64,000 bases of DNA, taken from positions 1,383 through 65,382 of the forward strand of contig JAZKFU010000011.1 of the NCBI GenBank assembly GCA_040386275.1, written 5' to 3'. This document shows positions 58,250-64,000 of this stretch, piece after piece. Each line of letters starts with the position of its first letter. The stretch's first letter is position 1. Made by a program: the position numbers and the translations under genes. A model generated the notes under the pieces. It was not told the origin of the DNA and searched no databases. It saw only the letters and a list, made by a program, of their open reading frames with translations. Source of the stretch: Patescibacteria group bacterium (GTDB lineage Bacteria > Patescibacteriota > Minisyncoccia > Phycocordibacterales > UBA918).

Positions 58250-58345
58250 TGGATGAAGTGCTAGGAGCGGTCCAGCGATTTTCTCAAGGGAAGAAAAAAT
58301 CGGGACAGAAATTCAGAATAATCGCTACGCTCGTTTCTTCATTCC
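58250..58345 (+). repeat. family B intergenic repeat, copy 3
   Basis: gatgaagtgctaggagcggtccagcgattttctcaagggaagaaaaaatcgggacagaaattcagaataatcgctacgctcgtttcttcattc. Compensatory hairpin cgattttct/agaaaaaatcg. Confidence 0.65.
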
Positions 58346-58377
58346 ACAACGCAATTCGCCGCTATATACGTTTTACT

Positions 58378-60906
58378 CTAGATCTTTGAGGCTAATTCAA
58401 TCATGCGGTCGGTGGTGATAGTAACCCACCCCTCTTCACTCGGGTATGACGCCTTAGCAGCGGTCAAAATTTGAGCGAGAACTGTAGCACGATCTTCGTT
58501 TGCTGTTGCTCCGATAAAGTAAGCAATAGCGTCAGATGAAAGCAATACGTGTTGGGCATGTGCTTGAGCTTCGATAGCTTCAGCGGCAGTAGTGTGAGCT
58601 TCGTAACCTACAACTGCTGTAGTGGGAGCTACTGGTGCTGGCGCTTGGTAAAACGCTGGAGCAGCAGTAATCTTTTCAGGCATAAGTTGTGTACTTGGTA
58701 CGATATCAGAAGTAACTGTAGCCGGAGTAAATGCTGAAGCATTTACTGCGTTACGACGTCCTACTAATACGTATGCCATGTAGAGAGCCCACGCTGCTAG
58801 TAATGTGTAGAATACACTTGTCATAAATGGTCCAGCTTCAAATCCAGTGTATGGAACATTGGTTAGAGCAATTCCAGTAACAAGTGGTTGCTGATCACGT
58901 ACTTGTGTTACCACTACGGTATCTTCAACATCAACACTTACTTTACACGTCTTGTCTCGACTTCCTTTCTCCGCTACCAATGTGTAGGTAGTATCTTTTT
59001 CAGGTCGGAGAGTAATTTCACCGTCGTACAGGTCTTTCTTTTGTGAACTACTCTTTCCGTCAGTATCAATTAAAGTTTTACCGTGATTGTCTTTGATAGT
59101 TACTTCAGTAGCGCGGGTTGTATCCCAAGTAAGGGTTACTCGGTCGCCACGTGAGATACTTTTGTCAGAAATCTTTAGAGTACATTTTGGAGCAGATGAT
59201 CCGCCACCGCCTCCACCACCATTGTTATCTTCGTCAACATTGATGGTAACGGGACAATTAATTGTGTCGTTACCTTTTGTTGCAGTTAAGGTGTAGGTAG
59301 TGTCACTTCGTGGAGAAACTGATACTGAACCATCAAGGTCAGTTGCGTTGATGCCGTTGTTGAAACGAACACCAGTTACTCCCGTTGTATTCCAAGTAAG
59401 CGTTGAACTGTTTCCTTCACGAATTGAAGTTGGACTCGCACTGAAATTTACATTAGCAGCACACGTAATCGCTGCATCTGGTTGATTAACAGTAACGGTT
59501 ACTGGACATGATACTTGTTGGTTATTGCTACCAACACCGGTAAGGGTGTACGTGATAGTTTGTAATGGAGAAACGGTTACGTTTCCATCAACGTTCACAT
59601 TACCAATCGCGTTGTTAATACTAACTGAGTTTACGTTTGTTGTATTCCACGTAAGCACTGAACTTTGTCCACGATTAATTGTTGAAGCGTTTGCTGTAAA
59701 TGAATCACAGATTGGTGAAAGTGGTGTAGGAGTTTCAACGGTAATAGTTTTGTGACACACTGCTTCTACGCCAGCATTGTTTCGTACAGTAAAGGTGTAG
59801 GTTGTTGTATCGTTTGGTGATACTGAACGGTTACCATTTAATGATACAGAACCGATACCTTGGTTGAAACTACCCGTAGCTCCATTTTGAGAAGTCCAGG
59901 TAAGTTCAACTGAACTACCACGAGTGATAGTGTGGGGTGCTCCATTTAATGTACAAACTGGTGTAGGTACATCAGTTACAGTTACTGTTACTGGACAAGA
60001 TACCGTTTTGGCATCTTTTGTTGCAGTTAAAGTGTAAGTAGTTGTGTTAGTTGGTGACACAACTCGTGTACCATCAACAGCTACTCCACCGATACCTTGA
60101 TTGATACTTACGCCAGTAGCGTTAGTAGTTGCCCAAGTCAATGTTGCAGAGTTACCACGAACGATTGATGTTGGATTTGAAGTGAATGAATCACAGATAG
60201 GTAATACTACTGGGTGAGTTACGGGATTTACCGTTACTGAATCAGTACAAGTACCTTTTGCGTTAGTTCCTGTTAACGTTACCGTCACTGGGGTCGTACG
60301 ACCAGCAGGCCAGGTATACGTTTGAGAATCTGAAGCCGCAACAATCTGATTATTTACTCGGTACACAGTACTGTGTGCTGGAGTACCATTCCATGAAATT
60401 GTAAATTGTTGACCATCATTAGCAGCTGTAAGGTTTGTTGTAATATCACAAACCGGTGCTTCAACATATCGGTAAACCGTTACTGTATCTGAACAAGTAG
60501 CACCTGAACTATTTCTTCCTGTAACTGTGAATGTTAGGAAAATATTGTCAGCGTTCCAGGTATAGGTTAGAAATCCTGTTCGCTCTACATCTACACCGCC
60601 TACTTTGTAGGTACCGGTTGAACCGTTACTCCAAGAAATTGTGTATTGTTCTCCTGGATTAACATATTGTTTGTTTGCTGAAATATCACAAACTGGAGCA
60701 GGAATAGTTGTATTTCCGCCTCCATCATTGCCTCCACCTCCCGCTATATCACCACCTCCGGTTGATCCGCCTCCACAATCTGAACAGCCCGTACCGCCTC
60801 CGCCGGTAACTTGCGCTGAAGCGTTGTTAGCGTAAGAAAAGGCAGCCACAAATAACATGGCCGTGAGTACTGTTGCAAAACTAATTTTTTGAATAGTTGA
60901 TGTCAT
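58378..60906 (-). CDS. large cell-surface protein: signal peptide, Gly-rich region, ~7 tandem ~90-aa Ig-like repeats, TM anchor preceded by VPYTG (LPXTG-like), ~140 aa cytoplasmic tail
   Basis: Repeats each carry conserved Cys pair and TYTLTA / SCPVTVTV motifs. NVPYTGFEAGP + hydrophobic helix + GRRN. Confidence 0.7.
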   Translation of the reverse strand: MTSTIQKISFATVLTAMLFVAAFSYANNASAQVTGGGGTGCSDCGGGSTGGGDIAGGGGNDGGGNTTIPAPVCDISANKQYVNPGEQYTISWSNGSTGTYKVGGVDVERTGFLTYTWNADNIFLTFTVTGRNSSGATCSDTVTVYRYVEAPVCDITTNLTAANDGQQFTISWNGTPAHSTVYRVNNQIVAASDSQTYTWPAGRTTPVTVTLTGTNAKGTCTDSVTVNPVTHPVVLPICDSFTSNPTSIVRGNSATLTWATTNATGVSINQGIGGVAVDGTRVVSPTNTTTYTLTATKDAKTVSCPVTVTVTDVPTPVCTLNGAPHTITRGSSVELTWTSQNGATGSFNQGIGSVSLNGNRSVSPNDTTTYTFTVRNNAGVEAVCHKTITVETPTPLSPICDSFTANASTINRGQSSVLTWNTTNVNSVSINNAIGNVNVDGNVTVSPLQTITYTLTGVGSNNQQVSCPVTVTVNQPDAAITCAANVNFSASPTSIREGNSSTLTWNTTGVTGVRFNNGINATDLDGSVSVSPRSDTTYTLTATKGNDTINCPVTINVDEDNNGGGGGGGSSAPKCTLKISDKSISRGDRVTLTWDTTRATEVTIKDNHGKTLIDTDGKSSSQKKDLYDGEITLRPEKDTTYTLVAEKGSRDKTCKVSVDVEDTVVVTQVRDQQPLVTGIALTNVPYTGFEAGPFMTSVFYTLLAAWALYMAYVLVGRRNAVNASAFTPATVTSDIVPSTQLMPEKITAAPAFYQAPAPVAPTTAVVGYEAHTTAAEAIEAQAHAQHVLLSSDAIAYFIGATANEDRATVLAQILTAAKASYPSEEGWVTITTDRMIELASKI

Positions 60907-61043
60907 AAATAATAACTTTGATTTAATAATGTAACCTACACCGAATTTCTTCGGATGAAAAAGATTGTTCGTTGGAACAATCTCTCAGAATCCGAATTGA
61001 TTCTTGAGATTGATGAGGGCATCTTTCGACGCCCTCTTCATGT

Positions 61044-61391
61044 TTATTGCCAGTCTGGCTGCCATCTTCCGTCAACGCGACGGTTGATGAATTTCTTGCC
61101 TTCGAGTACAGCCCACTGGTAGTCCCAATGGATTTTGCCGTCACTTCCGAGGAAGCAAACGGCCTGATTGCCCGTCGGCGCAGTGTGCACTGCTCGTGGA
61201 TCCTGGCATGCGATTTTCGTGTACGGACCACCAGCGGGTCCAATCACACAATACTCGACATGCCACACCGGCACTTTTACCCCTTTTCCCACGCCAGTTG
61301 GATCGTTGCAGTTGACCCCACACGCCATCGCCATACCTGCAAACAGAGTGAGCACACTGGCGAGGATGCCAACACGATAAGTTTTTTTCAT
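61044..61391 (-). CDS. small secreted Cys-rich hypothetical protein (in GC-rich islet)
   Basis: Signal peptide MKKTYRVGILASVLTLFAGMAMA. Local GC clearly above window average. Confidence 0.45.
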   Translation of the reverse strand: MKKTYRVGILASVLTLFAGMAMACGVNCNDPTGVGKGVKVPVWHVEYCVIGPAGGPYTKIACQDPRAVHTAPTGNQAVCFLGSDGKIHWDYQWAVLEGKKFINRRVDGRWQPDWQ

Positions 61392-61516
61392 TATGGCCTC
61401 CTGCCATGTTGAATTGAGTTGTACTCCTATCAAAGAACTAAAGGAGCGTTTACCCAAACAGTGTATCATAACGAACAGTATTTGTCAATACAATACGGTT
61501 ATTGTCAAATATAGTA

Positions 61517-61552
61517 AAAGGCCGGTATCCAAAAGATATCCGGCCTTCTTTG
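61517..61552 (-). terminator. hairpin terminator between the two GC-islet genes
   Basis: aaaaggccggtatcc-aaaag-atatccggccttcttt. Confidence 0.55.
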
Positions 61553-61568
61553 TGACGCAACCTCCTCC

Positions 61569-62105
61569 TTAGAAGATGTCGACGCCGTCATTGCCACCGT
61601 TGGTGGTGTCGCCCTGGGTGCCCTCATCAGGTTGAGCATCCGATTGCGTTGCCCCTTCAGCGGTGACCGAATCGGCCTCATCGTCGGAATCGCCATCGTT
61701 GTTAGTATCAATGACGCCATCATGGTCGACGACCGGACCTGGATCAATCGTCTCGACGGAACCGGGCGGAAGATCGAGATCTGCCGCCACTTCTTCGGCC
61801 GTTTGGCCGGTGTGGGTTCCTTGCTTCACGGTTGTGGTGGTGCCACCGCCGCCATTCTGCTTGGTGCACGTAATCCGAGTCACCACGCCGCCGATCGTGA
61901 CATATTTGCCTTGCCGATCGACATCGTAGCGCGCCGGACCAGCTTTCATGGTCGCCATTCCGCAAATCCTCTTGATCGGAATGGCATACGCCACACCGTC
62001 GGAAATGAGAACGTTCTGAGTCCCTTGTCCGGTATCAACCGTCAAGGCTGACGCGAACGAGGTCGACATGACGGCGAATAGAATCGCCAAAAGAACTTTC
62101 TTCAT
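61569..62105 (-). CDS. secreted hypothetical protein with Gly/Thr stretch and strongly acidic Asp-rich C-terminal tail (in GC-rich islet)
   Basis: Signal peptide MKKVLLAILFAVMSTSFASA. C-terminal DTNNDGDSDDEADS... Confidence 0.45.
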   Translation of the reverse strand: MKKVLLAILFAVMSTSFASALTVDTGQGTQNVLISDGVAYAIPIKRICGMATMKAGPARYDVDRQGKYVTIGGVVTRITCTKQNGGGGTTTTVKQGTHTGQTAEEVAADLDLPPGSVETIDPGPVVDHDGVIDTNNDGDSDDEADSVTAEGATQSDAQPDEGTQGDTTNGGNDGVDIF

Positions 62106-62200
62106 CACTGTTCTCCTTATGTTATGGATTGTGAATTTCACACCGAGACCATCCTCGGCTTACCCTACTACTGTATCATACTAAATCATTTCTGTCAACA

Positions 62201-62225
62201 AAAAAGCCCCTAGTTAAGGGCTTTT
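62201..62225 (-). terminator. sortase-gene terminator overlapping its stop codon
   Basis: Minus strand aaaagccc-ttaacta-ggggctttttt. Confidence 0.6.
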
Positions 62226-62887
62226 GTTGAAACGAGCGTAGCCTCGACCACATAGCGGTCCTCGGTACTTCCAAAACTATTACACGTAACTAACGTAAGG
62301 GTTTTCCCCTTCCCCGCTACCGGGACAGTAAAACCAGAGGCTTTTACTTTAAAGGATTTTTCTACCTTATACGTATAGGCAGTGTTTTTTGAATGTACCG
62401 TTATTACATCACCCCATTTCAGATTCTGAATACCATTTAAGGCTTGAAAATTACGGTTATGGACCGTTGGGAGGTAACTTGAGTGACCAAGGATAAACAT
62501 CGTGCCTTCGTCAGCAAACGTGGCCGAATCGGGGTGACGAATCACGCCTTTAAGTAGCGCCGCATCAAGCGCTGCCACTGAATTAGAAGATGGATTTAAT
62601 ACCGGGACGGTTCGACTAAGCGCAGGGATAAGAAGGGTTTGTGGCAAAGTATCTGATCCAATAGTTGAAACTGTTTCAGTTTTTGGAGTCGTCGTTGCTA
62701 CCGCAGGTTTAGGAGTGGTGGTGGTTGCAGCTGCTACGGTAGAAGTAGCCGATGTTGTAATTGGCTCAGGATAAAAATCTAGAGCGTATAAAATACCGTA
62801 CGACACGGTAAAGATACAGAAAAAAGCTATGAGAAACGCAATTTTATTGGCCATAATTTGATCGATTATATGTTCGAGCTTTTTCAT
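62210..62887 (-). CDS. sortase-family transpeptidase (membrane-anchored)
   Basis: N-terminal TM anchor. Catalytic TLVTC motif (TLxTC). His region MFILGHSSY. Thr/Ala-rich linker. Confidence 0.6.
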   Translation of the reverse strand: MKKLEHIIDQIMANKIAFLIAFFCIFTVSYGILYALDFYPEPITTSATSTVAAATTTTPKPAVATTTPKTETVSTIGSDTLPQTLLIPALSRTVPVLNPSSNSVAALDAALLKGVIRHPDSATFADEGTMFILGHSSYLPTVHNRNFQALNGIQNLKWGDVITVHSKNTAYTYKVEKSFKVKASGFTVPVAGKGKTLTLVTCNSFGSTEDRYVVEATLVSTKALN

Positions 62888-63007
62888 AGATGTATAATGT
62901 AACTATAATAGCACGTTTAACAGATTTGTCAACCATTTATCCTACGAGCCAACATGAATATACCCTTTATTGACAACGAACTTCTCTTATGGTAGCGTGA
63001 ATTTACT

Positions 63008-64000
63008 ATGGAAAAAAATACGGATACCAAGGGTAAGGAAGGAATATTAAAAGTACTAGCAATTGGTGGATTTATTGGTCTCATTATTATAATTGCCTGG
63101 CTCGGGATTCAACTTATTAGTTTTATGCCGTCGGCCTTCACCTCACTCGCCTCGTTAGCTGATAGTGTCTACAACTACAAACCAGTAGAAATTGTGGTGG
63201 TAAGTAATACATCAGTAGCTAACTCAGGTGAATCGTTTACACTCTCATGGAATAAACCAAAGCAAGACGGAACCTTTACGTTTACCTACAAATGTACCGA
63301 GGGAGTGTCAGTTGAATTACGCTCAAAGCTTGATGAAATTGAAACGGTAACGTGTGACCAACCCTATGATATTGGTGCCGTAGATACTATTGATCTCAGT
63401 GTTAACTCAGAACGAAATCGTTTTACAGAAATTCCCTACACCCTTGCCTTTATTCCGTCTAAGTCAGATGATCCTGCTGCTACCACTGACAAAACAATTA
63501 CCGTTGTAAACGCCATGATTTCACCGGTAGCAGTTGGAGCGACAACTACACCTGAAGTTATCACCCCTGACCCAGAACCAGTAGTAGTAGTTACCCCAAC
63601 TCCGAACCCAAAGCCCGTTACTCCAACTCCAACGCCTACCCCTACCCCAACTCCAACCACTCCTAAACCAGTTACGCCAAAGCCGGTAACTGTCAGTACT
63701 CCAATCTATGGTATTCCAGTTTCTAATCCAAATGGATTCACCGATGTGGGAACTCGTATCCTCGCCGTGGGCACACTCACTAGCAATGATCGATTCACTG
63801 CCGCTAACGTTATTGATAACGACGAGCAAGGAGCGATTCAATTCGAAATTAAAAACTTTGGTACCAAAACTTCAAATTCATTTACCTACACTGTCTCACT
63901 TCCAAATGGAACAGAATACAAAAGTTCATCACAATCAGGTCTCAAACCAAACGAACGCAGTGTCGTAACAATTGGTTTTGAAACCAATGACATGACCGGC
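63008..64000 (+). CDS. partial CDS (continues past window end): membrane-anchored surface protein with Thr/Pro-repeat linker
   Basis: ATG 63008. N-terminal TM helix ILKVLAIGGFIGLIIIIAWLGIQLI. ...TPTPNPKPVTPTPTPTPTPTPTTPKPVTPKP linker. No stop before window end, so it is absent from the ORF track. Confidence 0.55.
   Translation, partial: MEKNTDTKGKEGILKVLAIGGFIGLIIIIAWLGIQLISFMPSAFTSLASLADSVYNYKPVEIVVVSNTSVANSGESFTLSWNKPKQDGTFTFTYKCTEGVSVELRSKLDEIETVTCDQPYDIGAVDTIDLSVNSERNRFTEIPYTLAFIPSKSDDPAATTDKTITVVNAMISPVAVGATTTPEVITPDPEPVVVVTPTPNPKPVTPTPTPTPTPTPTTPKPVTPKPVTVSTPIYGIPVSNPNGFTDVGTRILAVGTLTSNDRFTAANVIDNDEQGAIQFEIKNFGTKTSNSFTYTVSLPNGTEYKSSSQSGLKPNERSVVTIGFETNDMTG

Noticed and set aside
61047-62051. 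Long overlapping ORFs on both strands (61047..61412+, 61141..61407-, 61632..62051+, 61663..61929+, 61744..61965-)
   Set aside because: Consequence of locally elevated GC. The minus-strand ORFs with signal peptides, RBS-like sequence and terminators are the coherent gene models.
63436-63841. Gly/Val-rich and Trp/Arg-rich minus-strand ORFs
   Set aside because: Antisense to the Thr/Pro-repeat linker of the partial + strand surface protein starting at 63008.
1-64000. CRISPR arrays, rRNA and tRNA genes, IS elements or integrases
   Set aside because: No regularly spaced direct repeats with unique spacers. No transposase- or integrase-like ORF. I could not recognise tRNA T-loop/acceptor patterns (GGTTCGAATCC-type) or rRNA segments by eye in any intergenic region. 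A tRNAscan or Infernal run would still be the decisive check for tRNAs.

Overview
This 64 kb window reads as a densely packed bacterial chromosomal segment dominated by housekeeping genes. There are about 56 CDS, no rRNA, no CRISPR array, and no tRNA that I could recognise by eye. The lineage guess is a reduced-genome CPR/Patescibacteria-like organism with Gram-positive-like traits. That is inference from short rpoB/rpoC, a short SMC, truncated ThrRS, many Lys/Ala-rich tails, type IV pilin-like genes, a sortase and many small secreted Cys-rich proteins; it is not a database result.

Genes called, in order:
- RNA and translation: DEAD-box helicase, truB, rpmG, prmC, hisS, trmD, a KH protein, rpsP, RNase R, RNase III, a NusB-Nudix fusion, rpmF, RNase HII, thrS.
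- Replication and transcription: rpoD, dnaG, rpoC, rpoB, a UvrD-like helicase-nuclease, an SMC-like ATPase, dnaE.
- Metabolism and transport: CorC/CNNM-like protein, a GH15-GH57-GlgA-like glycogen cluster, class I fructose-bisphosphate aldolase, an ABC-2 exporter pair, uppP, DsbA-like protein, NhaP antiporter.
- Surface module: two type IV pilin-like genes, a lytic-transglycosylase-like protein, an 842-aa tandem-repeat surface protein, a sortase-like gene and a surface protein with a TP-repeat linker.

The most unusual content is non-coding. Family A is an intergenic structured repeat of about 100-130 nt with at least 11 copies. Its central hairpin, GAGCCGTAC-loop-GTACGGTGA, is conserved and often doubles as an A-tract/T-tract intrinsic terminator. 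It is flanked by AGGCG and CAACGCAGATGAAGTG, and the outer stems differ between copies but stay self-complementary. Several copies abut stop codons. Family B is a second ~90 nt repeat with 3 copies sharing a GATGAAGTG|CTAGG junction with family A.

Other observations worth a second look:
- a candidate T-box-like leader (GGTGGAACCGCG plus terminator) upstream of thrS;
- a tandem pair of ~78 nt related units (~113 nt period), each with a compensatory hairpin, downstream of the SMC-like gene;
- a ~1.2 kb GC-rich islet encoding two small secreted proteins next to the sortase;
- a sigma-70 whose N-terminal ~115 aa are extremely Lys-rich;
- a NusB-Nudix fusion;
- apparently near-leaderless promoters for dnaE and rpsP.

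I found no recognisable defence, toxin or mobile-element system. All calls rest on motifs read directly from the given translations and sequence, with no searches run.
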